From contig CBDCJO010000002.1 in NCBI GenBank assembly GCA_965217865.1, forward strand, positions 992,001 through 1,056,000: DNA of 64,000 nucleotides, in the 5' to 3' direction. Position 1 is the first letter of the stretch. The number at the start of each line of letters is the position of its first letter. Below the pieces are notes generated by a model. It saw only the letters and a program-made list of their open reading frames with translations. It ran no database searches and was not told the DNA's origin. Below, piece after piece: positions 1 through 10,436 of this stretch. The translations under genes and the position numbers were made by a program. The stretch comes from Candidatus Latescibacterota bacterium. GTDB lineage: Bacteria > Latescibacterota > UBA2968 > SICM01.

Positions 1-509
1 TTCAGAGCATTGCGGTTCAGGGTCGTCATCGGAATCTCGATCAGCCGATATCCCTTTAGCGAACCGTCCTCAAGGGGGTTGTTCTGGTAACCCGCTTTTT
101 TCAGATCGTTCTGCGCAAAGTTGTCGGTGTTGACGATGATGGTCCCGCCGGGCTCCAGGTCATCGATGTTCGCCTTTAACGCGGCGGGATTCCAGACGAC
201 GAGCACCTGGGGCGCATCCCCGGGGGTGAAGATGTCCTGACTTGCGATATTGACCTGAAAACCGCTCACCCCCGCCAGGGTCCCAGCCGGTGCCCGAATC
301 TCCGCCGGATAATCCGGCATGGTACTGACGTCATTTCCAAATATCAGGGAGGTGTTTGTAAACTGCGCCCCAGTTACCTGAATTCCGTCCCCGGAATCAC
401 CGGCAAACCGAATCGCGACCGATTCCAATTCTTCGGTTTGGATTTCTTTCCCCGCAACCTTTTCAGCCTCTTCCTCCACATCCTGTTCGGCGGCCACTGG
501 GTTGGCCAT
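1..509 (-). CDS. 2-oxoacid:acceptor oxidoreductase subunit alpha, N-terminal part (runs off window start)
   Basis: Manual translation gives [20 protein letters not shown]...[21 protein letters not shown]; GGAGG RBS upstream of the ATG at 509. Confidence 0.9.
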   Translation of the reverse strand, partial: MANPVAAEQDVEEEAEKVAGKEIQTEELESVAIRFAGDSGDGIQVTGAQFTNTSLIFGNDVSTMPDYPAEIRAPAGTLAGVSGFQVNIASQDIFTPGDAPQVLVVWNPAALKANIDDLEPGGTIIVNTDNFAQNDLKKAGYQNNPLEDGSLKGYRLIEIPMTTLNRNAL

Positions 510-593
510 GTTGATCATACCTCCATATCTCAGTTTTCGGATTTACAAGAATGGGTGAATTACCCCAGAAGACCGGACATCAACCCAAAAACA

Positions 594-1061
594 TTAAGCT
601 CCGTCTCGCGCCTTGATCACCTGTTCGGGTTCCGGGGGGAGGTTGTAGATCTCTTGGGGAAAGCGCTCGCTCAGGAACTTTATCATGGCGGGCTGCGTCA
701 GATTGCCAACCACTTTTCCGCCGTCGTCGACCACAGGCATATTCCGGTAATGCCCTTCATTCATCAGATCGAGGGCACGGCCTACCTGATCGTCCATTCG
801 TACCGTTTGGGGAGAGGGAGTCATCAGCCGATCAACCTGCTCCTCCCAACTCTCCTGTACATCCACAACCTTCCGGAGGACATCGCGATCTGTGAAGATT
901 CCGATGAGACGGTCACCATCAGTAATCAAGGCACAATTGTGTTTCTGCTCTCGCATCTTCCGGAGCACATCGATCACCTTGGTTCCAGACGCTATGGTGA
1001 CATAGTCGGAAAGCTCCATGTGGGAGACCTTTTCAGCCCATAGATCCTGTTGAAGGCTCAT
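594..1061 (-). CDS. CBS domain pair protein
   Basis: LIGIFTDRDVLRKV and MTPSPQTV...MNEGHYRNMPVVD motifs; likely start MSLQQ at 1061. Confidence 0.85.
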   Translation of the reverse strand: MSLQQDLWAEKVSHMELSDYVTIASGTKVIDVLRKMREQKHNCALITDGDRLIGIFTDRDVLRKVVDVQESWEEQVDRLMTPSPQTVRMDDQVGRALDLMNEGHYRNMPVVDDGGKVVGNLTQPAMIKFLSERFPQEIYNLPPEPEQVIKARDGA

Positions 1062-1205
1062 GACAGATTCCTTTGCAGAGGGAAAAACAGACCTGTTGTT
1101 AACAACAAAAATATAGACCTTTATCGGCATTATGACAATGGAAAAGTTCTCCCGTTGGATGGTTTTTCCTCCAAATCCAGACCGAACCAACGGTCCATTT
1201 CCTCT

Positions 1206-1234
1206 TTGACAACCTTCCAGGTCGGGCGTATATT
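1206..1234 (+). promoter_or_regulatory. sigma70-like promoter
   Basis: TTGACA-N17-TATATT upstream of the DUF1232 gene. Confidence 0.55.
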
Positions 1235-1245
1235 GTCTGCAATTC

Positions 1246-1602
1246 GTGCACTCAACCCAGATTCAGGGGACGATTCTCATGTTCTTCCGCGCCAGACCTC
1301 CCACAGGATCTTTGCCGACAACAGGCGTGCGAATATTGAGACATCCCGTGAAGTACACCCGATTAATTCTGAGACTCCTCCGGGACCATCGGGTGCAGCT
1401 TTACCTGAAGGCCTTACTCGTGGGGGCCATGGCTTACGTCATCTCCCCTTTCGATCTCGCTCCTGCGATTCTGATCCCATTGCTCGGGGTGGCTGACGAT
1501 GTCTTTATCCTTCTTCTCGCCATCCATACTTTTCTCACCCGTGCTCCCCGTGAAGTGGTGGAGGAGCACGCGCTGGCGATCGCTAAAAATGGGAATGGAT
1601 AG
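1246..1602 (+). CDS. YkvA/DUF1232 family membrane protein
   Basis: YVISPFDLAPAILIPLLGVADD motif; the true start may be further downstream. Confidence 0.8.
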   Translation: MHSTQIQGTILMFFRARPPTGSLPTTGVRILRHPVKYTRLILRLLRDHRVQLYLKALLVGAMAYVISPFDLAPAILIPLLGVADDVFILLLAIHTFLTRAPREVVEEHALAIAKNGNG

Positions 1603-1646
1603 GGAGAGGATTTCAGGCGGGATCGGGCGTTTCTTCTCTTCTAGTT

Positions 1647-2372
1647 CTAGTCTGAACTAGGCCATCTTTTGATCTGGATTTGTCCTTGCGCCATCACGGC
1701 ATAGCTGAAGTGTTGAACCCAATCGCCAAGGACGACGAGGGTCCCTTTTTTTTCCCGTCGAATTACGGGTTCGTGAAGGTGGCCAAAGATGACGATATCG
1801 GCCTCACGGCAGAAAAGTCGACGCGCTTCACGCTGGTAGATCTTCATCAGATGGTCTCCGCTGACGGGGGCTATGGGGCGACTGGAGACAAACCGGGCAA
1901 TCAGGATGCCGAGGTCTGGATGGAGCAATCGGAACAGTGAGATACAATAAGGATTTCGGAGGATTCGTTTTATGAGGTGATATCGATTTCCGCCCAAAAG
2001 ATCGTCTCCGTGATCCAGGGTGATCCGGAGCCCCTGGTGGATTACCCGGCACCGATTCGAGGCGATGGAGATGCCCACCTCATCGGATATGAAAGCCCCC
2101 AACCAAAGATCGTGATTTCCGGGAATGCAGACGACCCGGACACCGGAATTGACGAGGTTGTATAGTTCAAAGAGAACTTTTCCTCCGGCTTTGGGGACAA
2201 CCGACCGATATTCGAACCAGAAATCGAAGAGATCCCCGACGAAATAAAGGGCCTCCGCATCGTTCCGGATGGATCGCAGGAATTCAATCAGCCTATCCTG
2301 TTTAACGGGCTCTTCCTTATTTTCTTTATAATCGATATGCACATCGGAGATAAAATAGACCCGGTTCTTCAT
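1647..2372 (-). CDS. lpxH: UDP-2,3-diacylglucosamine diphosphatase (metallophosphoesterase)
   Basis: SDVH, GDLFDFW, GNHD, HGD, GHLH and LGDW motifs. Confidence 0.85.
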   Translation of the reverse strand: MKNRVYFISDVHIDYKENKEEPVKQDRLIEFLRSIRNDAEALYFVGDLFDFWFEYRSVVPKAGGKVLFELYNLVNSGVRVVCIPGNHDLWLGAFISDEVGISIASNRCRVIHQGLRITLDHGDDLLGGNRYHLIKRILRNPYCISLFRLLHPDLGILIARFVSSRPIAPVSGDHLMKIYQREARRLFCREADIVIFGHLHEPVIRREKKGTLVVLGDWVQHFSYAVMAQGQIQIKRWPSSD

Positions 2373-2566
2373 AGCAAGGCAGAATAAACATTTCCAGACG
2401 GGAAATCAACCTCTTTTAAGAACGCCGGGAACCGAGGCTCACCACAGAATCCCAGTCGCGTTTTTTGGGACACCGGCCTTAACCCAGGGGCAATTTTCTT
2501 CGATGTTGACAAATTGAGTTTATGCGATAATTATCAGAATAGGGAGATCCTGGGGGGATTTTTTTT

Positions 2567-2594
2567 GGAACTTTCCCGGGAGAGGGAAGGTTAA
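2567..2594 (+). promoter_or_regulatory. Putative ECF-sigma (autoregulatory) promoter
   Basis: GGAACT-N16-GGTTAA directly upstream of the ECF sigma gene. Confidence 0.4.
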
Positions 2595-2626
2595 ACAGAT
2601 TGTCCACCCCCGGATGGAGGGAAGGC

Positions 2627-3241
2627 ATGTATATGGCACATTCCCGTAACCCACACGACGACTCGTTTTCGGACAGCGATGTTCTTGCCGATGTCATGGC
2701 GGGAGATGTCGAGGCGTTTGAAAAGATCGTAACCCGCCATAAAAACAGGCTGTTCAACTTTGTGTATCGGTTTGTGGGAGACCGGGAGACCGCTGAAGAT
2801 ATTATTCAGGAAACCTTCCTGCGGGCATTTCGCCGCCGGAAAGACTACCGGGCAATCGCAAATTTTTCAACGTGGCTTTTCACGATTGCTGGGAATTTGG
2901 CGAAGAGCGAATTGCGCCGGCGAAAAAGATGGCGATTTTTCTCGTTAAACTGGGACGAGGAGTCGGAAACCGGAATCGATATCCCGGACGAGTCGATGCG
3001 TCCTGATACGATGGCAGAAACCTCGATGACGGACGATCTGATCCAGGAGGCGATCGAATCTCTGCCGGCGAATTACCGGAAGGTGATCCTCCTGAGAGAC
3101 GTGGAAGGGATGTCATACCATGAAATTTCAAAGATTGTTGGAAGGCCCGTCGGCACGATCAAGTCGAGGGTCAATCGTGCCAGGCTCCGCCTCCAACGGC
3201 GCCTCAAAATGGAAGGCCGGGACATTGGTTTGAAGGTTTGA
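2627..3241 (+). CDS. ECF RNA polymerase sigma factor (RpoE/SigW-like)
   Basis: AEDIIQETF, FSTWLFTIAGN, SYHEIS..GTIKSRVNRAR. Confidence 0.92.
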   Translation: MYMAHSRNPHDDSFSDSDVLADVMAGDVEAFEKIVTRHKNRLFNFVYRFVGDRETAEDIIQETFLRAFRRRKDYRAIANFSTWLFTIAGNLAKSELRRRKRWRFFSLNWDEESETGIDIPDESMRPDTMAETSMTDDLIQEAIESLPANYRKVILLRDVEGMSYHEISKIVGRPVGTIKSRVNRARLRLQRRLKMEGRDIGLKV

Positions 3242-3298
3242 AATATTGGAAGATTGAAGTACAAGAAGTTTGATATAAAAAGGAGGACGTTCTGACGA

Positions 3299-3862
3299 AT
3301 GCATTGTAAAGATTTTCAAGACCGGATTTCAGCTTTTGTCGAAGATGAACAGGACCAAAACATCAGGCGTCTGATGGATGCCCACCTCGCCGAATGTCCC
3401 GCCTGCGCAGAGGCCCTCCAGGGAGTCCGGAAGGTCGTTGCCGTACTGGGTGGACTACAATCGGAGAGGCCGTCGACAGATTTCCACTTTGCCCTGCGAG
3501 GCAGGCTCCTGATGGAGGTGGCCAGGTATCAAAGGTTCGCCTCCCGGGTGATCGCAAGGTTTTTTCCGTCTGCACCCCGAACGGCGTTTGCCGGTGGGGT
3601 AGCAATCGTGGTTCTGGTGGGAAGCGCTTTCTTTTTCAGCCAACCTCGGTATCCTTCGGATACCGGGGATATGCTTAATATGGAGTATAAAGCGGCAGCC
3701 CCCCAGTTGCGGATTCAGGATATCCATTATGTGTTGGAGCGCGTGCCCGCGTTGTCTCACCGCAGTGTGACCATCTCTTCCCGAGTCGCTCAGTCCCGAA
3801 TTGACAGCCAATCCACACCGTACAGGGAGCAAACCTCCCGGGTACGCTACGTCCGTTTCTGA
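3299..3862 (+). CDS. zf-HC2 (ZAS) anti-sigma factor
   Basis: HLAECPAC (HxxxCxxC), one TM segment, follows the sigma gene. Confidence 0.85.
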   Translation: MHCKDFQDRISAFVEDEQDQNIRRLMDAHLAECPACAEALQGVRKVVAVLGGLQSERPSTDFHFALRGRLLMEVARYQRFASRVIARFFPSAPRTAFAGGVAIVVLVGSAFFFSQPRYPSDTGDMLNMEYKAAAPQLRIQDIHYVLERVPALSHRSVTISSRVAQSRIDSQSTPYREQTSRVRYVRF

Positions 3863-3877
3863 ACAGGCCACCGAACG

Positions 3878-5143
3878 ATGAATCGACAGTACTCATTGAA
3901 CACGCAAGCCATCTCTTTCCTGGGGCCAGGTGGTCCCGGACCCTCTGCTCCTTCCAATACCTTCTTCCGGTGTATCTGGAATCATATCGGGATTATCATC
4001 GGAATCGGGCTCACACTTGGGCTATCGACCCAGAGCTGGGCGGATGAACACCTCCTGAGGGCGGTTGAGGAAGAGATCGCAACCCTTATGGAACAGAATC
4101 GATCCTGTGTGGTCAGTATTCATACCATCACCAGAGGGGAAGTTGACCTTGGTAAGGGATCTGAAGCGGGCGTGACCATGCGTCGAAACGTGGGCTCTGG
4201 CGTCATCTTTGATACCCAAGGACATATTCTCACGACGGCGGAGGTTGTCCGGGATGCAAACTACATCCAGGTATCGACATGGTCGGGGGAGATGGTCGAT
4301 GCCGACCTGGTGGCCACGGATGAAGACTCAAAAGTGGCTGTGATACAACTTCATGGGGAGGTATCCCGATGTCCGCGGTTAGGCGATTCTGACAGGGTCC
4401 GGACAGGCCATTACGCCTTCATCATCGGGAACGCGTGGGGGACCATGGCCCCTTCTGTGGGTTCGGTCGTGGAGTTTCGTGAACACGGCGATATGATCCA
4501 GATCAGCGGTTACGCCCGGCCCGGCAACAGTGGTGCGGCGGTATTCAACAGCGAAGGGCAGGTCATCGGTCTGATTCGGGGAGTCCTGTCTTTGCCCCCT
4601 TCCGATGGTTCGGGTGAATTCAGCCATCGCAACGGGTTTGGATGGAATAACGTCAATGCGACCCTCCTGGCCATCCCGATCAACCGGGCCCGGCGGGTTG
4701 CTCGGGAGCTGATCGCTGGACGTGGCTGGCTCGGCCTGGAGGTCGAACGGCACGGGACGTTAAGGATCACGCGGGTGGAGGAAGACGGCCCTGCTGAAGA
4801 GGCAGGATTTCAGGTTGGAGATGAAGTGGTCTTCTACAGAGCAGAAAGGGTCATCGATGGTGAACATCTTGCCCGTCTCGTGGTCCGAACCCCCGAGGGA
4901 AACTGGGTGACCGTCGGAATTCAGCGGGACCGACAGCCCATATCGATTCGGGTTCGAATAGGTCATCAGCCCAGAAAGGATCCAGGACTATACAACTCGC
5001 ATCCCTTCTTGGCCTATGATTCTGTTCCCGCCGGCGGTGAGAGCCAGGAAGATCTCTTAAAAAGAGTTCATGTCCTCAAAGAGCAGAATCTTCATCTCCT
5101 GAAGATGTTGATCCAGGAGCGGGAGGGCCGCGGGGAAAGATAG
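3878..5143 (+). CDS. HtrA/DegP-like trypsin+PDZ protein (catalytic His/Asp apparently substituted)
   Basis: GSGVIFD, LGDSDRV, PGNSGA, PDZ GWLGL...GPAEEAGFQVGD. Confidence 0.8.
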   Translation: MNRQYSLNTQAISFLGPGGPGPSAPSNTFFRCIWNHIGIIIGIGLTLGLSTQSWADEHLLRAVEEEIATLMEQNRSCVVSIHTITRGEVDLGKGSEAGVTMRRNVGSGVIFDTQGHILTTAEVVRDANYIQVSTWSGEMVDADLVATDEDSKVAVIQLHGEVSRCPRLGDSDRVRTGHYAFIIGNAWGTMAPSVGSVVEFREHGDMIQISGYARPGNSGAAVFNSEGQVIGLIRGVLSLPPSDGSGEFSHRNGFGWNNVNATLLAIPINRARRVARELIAGRGWLGLEVERHGTLRITRVEEDGPAEEAGFQVGDEVVFYRAERVIDGEHLARLVVRTPEGNWVTVGIQRDRQPISIRVRIGHQPRKDPGLYNSHPFLAYDSVPAGGESQEDLLKRVHVLKEQNLHLLKMLIQEREGRGER

Positions 5144-5168
5144 TTCGTTATAGGAGAAGCAATTTTTT

Positions 5169-5199
5169 GAGGCTCGGCGCGTTGCGTCGGGCTTTTTTT
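5169..5199 (+). terminator. Rho-independent terminator
   Basis: GGCTCGGCGC-GTT-GCGTCGGGCT stem followed by a T run. Confidence 0.7.
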
Positions 5200-5287
5200 C
5201 TGGGTCACCGTTGAAATTGATGATATATTTCAGATCGAATCGGAGCAGCGTGTCTTCGATGACCGTGGATCCTTGAGGGGGTAAGGT

Positions 5288-6061
5288 ATGACGATCGATT
5301 TATCAGGCCGTGTGGCGTTGATCACCGGTGCATCCCGGGGGATTGGGCGAGGCTGTGCCCTTGAGATGGCCCGTGCGGGAGCGGATATCGTCGTGAATTA
5401 CCATTCCCACCCGGATGATGCATCGGAGGTCATCGAAGAGGTGAGGCGATTGGGGCGTAAGGCCGTGGCAATAAAAGCCGATGTTGGGAATCGAGCGGAT
5501 GTGGATCGGTTGGTGGAGACTTCCCTTGAGCGGTTCGGCAGGATCGACATCCTGGTCAACAACGCTTACCGAAGCATACGCAAAGCATTCCTGGATCTGA
5601 CCGATGAGGACGTAGAGGAGACGTGGAAAGTAACCTTGTGGAGTGTGTTCCGGTGCAGCCAGAGCGTGGCGAGACTTATGGTCGAACGGAAAGAGGGTGG
5701 GAAGATCGTTGTCATCAGCTCGGATCTCGCATTCATCCCCATGCCCACCTCCCTGCCATACAACACGGCAAAGGCAGGGATCAACCAGATGGCCTTCACC
5801 ATGGCCGCCGAATTAGCCCCCCATCGAATCCACGTCAATGTTATCGAGCCCGGTTGGACGGACACTCCGGGAGAGCGCCAATATGCGACGGAGGAACAGA
5901 TTCAGGAGGGGGGGAAGCGTCTCCCGCTCGGGAGGCTGGGACGACCCGAGGAGATCGGCAAGGTGGCAACCTTCCTGGGGTCTTCGGATGCTGATTATAT
6001 CACCGGAGCCACTATTCGGGTCGATGGGGGGGTTTGGTTGCCGGGGGGATTGAAATTATGA
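5288..6061 (+). CDS. SDR family oxidoreductase
   Basis: TGASRGIG, YNTAK, ITGATIRVDGG. Confidence 0.92.
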   Translation: MTIDLSGRVALITGASRGIGRGCALEMARAGADIVVNYHSHPDDASEVIEEVRRLGRKAVAIKADVGNRADVDRLVETSLERFGRIDILVNNAYRSIRKAFLDLTDEDVEETWKVTLWSVFRCSQSVARLMVERKEGGKIVVISSDLAFIPMPTSLPYNTAKAGINQMAFTMAAELAPHRIHVNVIEPGWTDTPGERQYATEEQIQEGGKRLPLGRLGRPEEIGKVATFLGSSDADYITGATIRVDGGVWLPGGLKL

Positions 6062-6132
6062 CCGACCCTATCAACAGGATCACCGAACCATTTTAACTCA
6101 ACCCGATCGCTTGGGCACCTTCAAATCCGACC

Positions 6133-7533
6133 TTGAGTTTGATCACTCTTTCTGACAGATGGGTGGAACCGGCGAGGCTGTTTGGGGGGTTGGTCCATCG
6201 GCCCTATTTTTTTTGGCTGGACAGCAGCCTGCCCTCCGAACGATCGGGCCGTTTCTCGTTTATGGGCGCCGATCCATTCCTGATTCTGAGGTCCCGTTCG
6301 GGGAAGACGGATATCGTTCGGGACAATAGGGTTCAACAGATCGACCAGGACCCGATCGATGCCCTGGCTGCCATCTTGAAGACCCATCGTCCGATGATCG
6401 ATCCGTGTAAGGACTTCCCCTTTCCCGGGGGGGGTGTTGGATATCTGGGCTACGACCTTGGCAGACTATTCGAGAGACTTCCGGATCGACCGAAGGATGA
6501 CCTGGGTTTGCCCGATATGCACGTCGCCTTTTACGGCGCTGTGATCGTTTTTGATCATATGACCAGCCGGATATCCGTGTGTGGATTCATGGAGGATGCC
6601 GTCCACGAACTTCAAGGCAGATTCCGAAGGATTGCCGCAGAGAGGGAACACAAGACAAACGATTCTACAGTTCCTGGGGTTTACCCCACACGGTCCAATT
6701 TTTCTCGACATGATTACCTGCATGCGGTCCTTCGCGTCAAAGACTATATTGCCTCAGGTGACGTATATCAGGTCAATCTTTCCCAGCGATTCCACACCCG
6801 ACTGGAGATGAGCGCCCCGGAGCTTTACCTTCGGCTGCGAAGACACAACCCCGCACCGTTTTCGGCTTATCTGGACCTGGGTGGCGCCCAGATTCTCAGT
6901 TCATCACCCGAACGATTTTTGAGGGTGCTGGGAAAGGAAGGTGTGGTGGAGACTCGACCGATCAAAGGGACAAGGGGCCGCGGGGAGACAGAAGAAGAGG
7001 ATCTCCACCTGGCCGAAGAGCTTCTCCAGAGTGAGAAGGACCGGGCGGAGCTGGTCATGATCGTCGACCTGGAACGGAACGACCTGGGACGCGTCTGCGG
7101 CTTTGGATCAGTACGCGTGCCGGAACTGGCCTCCATCGAGCCTTATGCCAGCGTCTACCACTTGGTTGCCACGGTCACAGGGGAGCTGCCTCCCGATCGG
7201 GATATCGCAGACCTCATCAGGGCGACGTTTCCAGGGGGCTCGATCACGGGGGCTCCAAAGCTTCGTGCGATGGAGATCATAGACGAGTTGGAGCCGGTGA
7301 GCCGGGGTCCGTATACCGGAGCCTTGGGCTACTTCAGCTTCTCCGGAGATCTGGACTTGAATATCCTGATCAGATCGCTCGTCGTAAAAGGAAACCAAGC
7401 CTTCTTCCACGCAGGGGGGGGGATTGTGGCGGATTCCGATGCTGAAAAAGAATATATGGAGACGCTGCACAAGGTGCGGGGAATGATGGGGGCGGTGGGG
7501 GGGGGGATTGTCGTGGATCGGGATTCCGCTTGA
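6133..7533 (+). CDS. pabB: Aminodeoxychorismate synthase component I
   Basis: SSSPERF, RPIKGT, MIVDLERNDL, FPGGSITGAPK, GGGIVADS. Confidence 0.9.
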   Translation: MSLITLSDRWVEPARLFGGLVHRPYFFWLDSSLPSERSGRFSFMGADPFLILRSRSGKTDIVRDNRVQQIDQDPIDALAAILKTHRPMIDPCKDFPFPGGGVGYLGYDLGRLFERLPDRPKDDLGLPDMHVAFYGAVIVFDHMTSRISVCGFMEDAVHELQGRFRRIAAEREHKTNDSTVPGVYPTRSNFSRHDYLHAVLRVKDYIASGDVYQVNLSQRFHTRLEMSAPELYLRLRRHNPAPFSAYLDLGGAQILSSSPERFLRVLGKEGVVETRPIKGTRGRGETEEEDLHLAEELLQSEKDRAELVMIVDLERNDLGRVCGFGSVRVPELASIEPYASVYHLVATVTGELPPDRDIADLIRATFPGGSITGAPKLRAMEIIDELEPVSRGPYTGALGYFSFSGDLDLNILIRSLVVKGNQAFFHAGGGIVADSDAEKEYMETLHKVRGMMGAVGGGIVVDRDSA

Positions 7534-7559
7534 CACTCTCCGGGGGGGTTTGTTATATT
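7530..7559 (+). promoter_or_regulatory. sigma70-like promoter of tRNA-Phe
   Basis: TTGACA-N18-TATATT with an extended TG. Confidence 0.55.
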
Positions 7560-7588
7560 CAGCCGTCAATTTTTGACTTTAAATTGAT

Positions 7589-7664
<76 letters not shown>

Positions 7665-7681
7665 GAATAGATATGATCAAC

Positions 7682-7719
7682 GAGGCGGTTGAGCGTAAGC
7701 TTGACAGCCTCTTTTTTTT
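7682..7719 (+). terminator. Terminator after tRNA-Phe
   Basis: GAGGC..GAGC-GTAA-GCTT..GCCTC hairpin plus T run. Confidence 0.7.
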
Positions 7720-7747
7720 GGGAAGCTAATTTTTCCTAAGTCTCCAT

Positions 7748-8731
7748 CTACGTGAAAACAGACACCGGAGGTTCATGCCGGAACACCACGTCCCTCCTGT
7801 CAATCACATCACCATCTGAGACAGGGATGTATTTTCCCTCGACCCAGAAATAAGGCTTGTATCCTAACCCGTTCAACATTCGATTGACATCACGATAAGT
7901 ATTCGGTGCCCGTGTCGATCCTTCAGGACCACGCACTTCGATCCAGATTGTGGGGAATGATGCTTCAATAAGCGTGTTGAGCATCCCGGAAACGACCTTG
8001 TCTTCGTGTCCCTCAACGTCACATTTTACCAAGTGCAATTTTCGCAGATTGAGGTCGCGCTCTTTCACGTAATCGTCTAATCTACGGCATTGGACCGTGA
8101 TCGAGTCACGATACCGATCTTCGTGACCCAGTTTCTCAGGAACAAGGGAACTCGCGGTTGAATCTCTCGAGCGGTAAAATTTCGCCTGTCCATTCCCATC
8201 AGAAAGTGCGATGTTCGCACACGTGATACAATATGACGAGTTGAGCTGCGTGCTTCGGGAAAGGGATTCATACATGTCGGGGTCTGGTTCGAATGCTATT
8301 ACCGAACCCCCGGGCCCTATCAATTTCGCAACATGGAAACTGAAAAAACCGAGATGGGCGCCGATATCGATGAACATCGTGTTTGGGATCAGCGCCTTTT
8401 TAAGGAATCGTTGAAAGGCTTGTCTCATCCAGTAATTTCCCCAAGCTGTAGGGAAGTAGAAAATTTTTCGCTGATTGGGATGTTGGAGGTCGAGCTCTAA
8501 CGTTGGTGCGAGCCCACAGGATTCACTGACCATCCACAGCCGGTCTGGTGGAGGGATTAAATAACCCATGAGAGCCGAAAAATGCTGCGCTGGATGGCGT
8601 GACGGATAGTGTTTGGTCATGGCCCGGATGTATCGATGTAAATTATGAAAACGCATATCCTTCACCGTGTAGCTGGGATCGTTGCGGGTAAGAACATCGA
8701 TTGGCCCATGACACATCGCATGGTTAAACAA
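7748..8731 (-). CDS. FkbM family methyltransferase
   Basis: FIDIGAHLGFFS, VIAFEPDP, KCDVEGHE. Confidence 0.88.
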   Translation of the reverse strand: MFNHAMCHGPIDVLTRNDPSYTVKDMRFHNLHRYIRAMTKHYPSRHPAQHFSALMGYLIPPPDRLWMVSESCGLAPTLELDLQHPNQRKIFYFPTAWGNYWMRQAFQRFLKKALIPNTMFIDIGAHLGFFSFHVAKLIGPGGSVIAFEPDPDMYESLSRSTQLNSSYCITCANIALSDGNGQAKFYRSRDSTASSLVPEKLGHEDRYRDSITVQCRRLDDYVKERDLNLRKLHLVKCDVEGHEDKVVSGMLNTLIEASFPTIWIEVRGPEGSTRAPNTYRDVNRMLNGLGYKPYFWVEGKYIPVSDGDVIDRRDVVFRHEPPVSVFT

Positions 8732-8758
8732 CGGTTACCACAAATATTCATCTGGAGA

Positions 8759-10435
8759 TCAGTCCGCTGCGATGTGTGTTTGATCTGGAGAAGTAGGAGA
8801 GGAGGGTGAAGAAAAGGGGGGGTGGCGCATGGTTTTTTGTCCCTTAAGCCCCGCCGGATCCCAGACTTGGGCCCATCGCCGAAGGACTGGGATTTTATTG
8901 TGGATCTTATGGAGGATCTCCCGATCACCGGCCTCTAAGCCAAATGCTTTGAGGAGGCCGAAGTAGAGGGGGAGAGAAATAGCGGAGAAATAGGACCAGG
9001 GAGAGCCGATTTGCAAAAGGGAAGCGCCTACAGCGAATGCAAGGCACGCCGCAGAGATGGGTTTTAGCAGCGATCGGCGGAACGGGTGAACACCCAGAAG
9101 GAACCTGACTTCGATGATTCGAAGAAGGTTGACCAGCTTCAGAGAGATGGCGGCCGCGAGGGCTGCCCCGGTGATACCGTATTTAGGGATCAGAAGCAGG
9201 TTGAGTCCGAGATTAACGATGACCAGGAGGACGGTATTAAGCAGGTTGATCCCTGATCGACCAGACATCAGCAGGATCATCTCGGCGGAGCCGAAGGCCC
9301 CGTTGATGGTGTGACCAAAAGCCAGCAGGATCAGGGCCCAGAAGCCGGCGGAGAAGGCCGATCCGAAGATCGAGAGGATGGCGCTGCCCCAGAGCCCAAA
9401 GACGAGTAGAAATGCCATCTCGAGAATTAGAATCCATCGCGTTACAGACGCAAATAGAAGCGAGACGCGCTCTTTCCGATCCTGGTGGAGCAAGCCAGAG
9501 GTGATGGGCGCGAATATCGGATCAACCGACTGCCGGATCTTTTTCACAATGCCAGCCACTTCAGTTGTGGCTGCGTAGATACCCACGGATGCAGCCGGCA
9601 AGAAAAGGGCGATGATGAATAAATCGATCCGGGACATCAGGCTATAGAAGACGTCGTAAATCGGGATAGGCGCGGAGAATTTCACCAGCCGTGAGCTTTC
9701 CGACAACCGCCTCGTCCAGGTGAGGGTGCGGGGAAGCGAAAACCTGCTGCAGAAGAATCGAATGGCCAGAGCCAGTCCGCATACCGAGGCAAGTACATAT
9801 GCGAAGGCCAGGCCGGGAACCGTCCATCCGAGCAGGCAAAGCACGATGGCGGTGGACAGCATGACAAAAGGCTCTGAGAGACCCTTCACGAAGATGTCGA
9901 ACTTCATGATCCGAAGGCCTTTCAGGGCGGCGAGGAGGATCGACGACAGGACGTAGAAGGGGATGCAGAGGGCCAAGAGACGAAGAATCTGGACAAGGTC
10001 GGGATGACCGAACACGGAGCCTGAGCCCCAGCGCGCAAAGACCCCTGCGCGGGGAGCCAGGATCCAAACGGTACCCGTGACAATTAGGCTAGCGATCAGG
10101 CCAAAGAGAAGGGCTTGCCCTATCGTCCGGTGAGCGCCTTCAGCGTCCCCGTCGGTTCGAAAGCGAGAGACGTAGCGGATGACAGCCCGGTCGAGGCCCA
10201 AAAGGCCGAACTTGCTCACCATTTCGATCAGGTGCCATCCTAGGGAGAAAAGACCCAGGACCTCGGCCCCCAGGAACCGGGTGACGATAATGTAGTAACA
10301 GAACCTGGAGATCTTTCCAAGATTGCCGAGGAAGTTTACCCCGGTGCCCTTGACAACCTCGTGTGCGTCCTTTCGTTGTGCTTCGTCCGGCGGGGTTTCT
10401 TCTTGAGGACGCCAAGCGATGGCCAGGTTGTCCAC
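8759..10435 (-). CDS. Wzx/MATE-type polysaccharide flippase
   Basis: Many TM helices, RIDLFII...VGIYA, LLIPKYGITGAA. Confidence 0.88.
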   Translation of the reverse strand: MDNLAIAWRPQEETPPDEAQRKDAHEVVKGTGVNFLGNLGKISRFCYYIIVTRFLGAEVLGLFSLGWHLIEMVSKFGLLGLDRAVIRYVSRFRTDGDAEGAHRTIGQALLFGLIASLIVTGTVWILAPRAGVFARWGSGSVFGHPDLVQILRLLALCIPFYVLSSILLAALKGLRIMKFDIFVKGLSEPFVMLSTAIVLCLLGWTVPGLAFAYVLASVCGLALAIRFFCSRFSLPRTLTWTRRLSESSRLVKFSAPIPIYDVFYSLMSRIDLFIIALFLPAASVGIYAATTEVAGIVKKIRQSVDPIFAPITSGLLHQDRKERVSLLFASVTRWILILEMAFLLVFGLWGSAILSIFGSAFSAGFWALILLAFGHTINGAFGSAEMILLMSGRSGINLLNTVLLVIVNLGLNLLLIPKYGITGAALAAAISLKLVNLLRIIEVRFLLGVHPFRRSLLKPISAACLAFAVGASLLQIGSPWSYFSAISLPLYFGLLKAFGLEAGDREILHKIHNKIPVLRRWAQVWDPAGLKGQKTMRHPPFSSPSSPTSPDQTHIAAD

Positions 10436-10436
10436 G

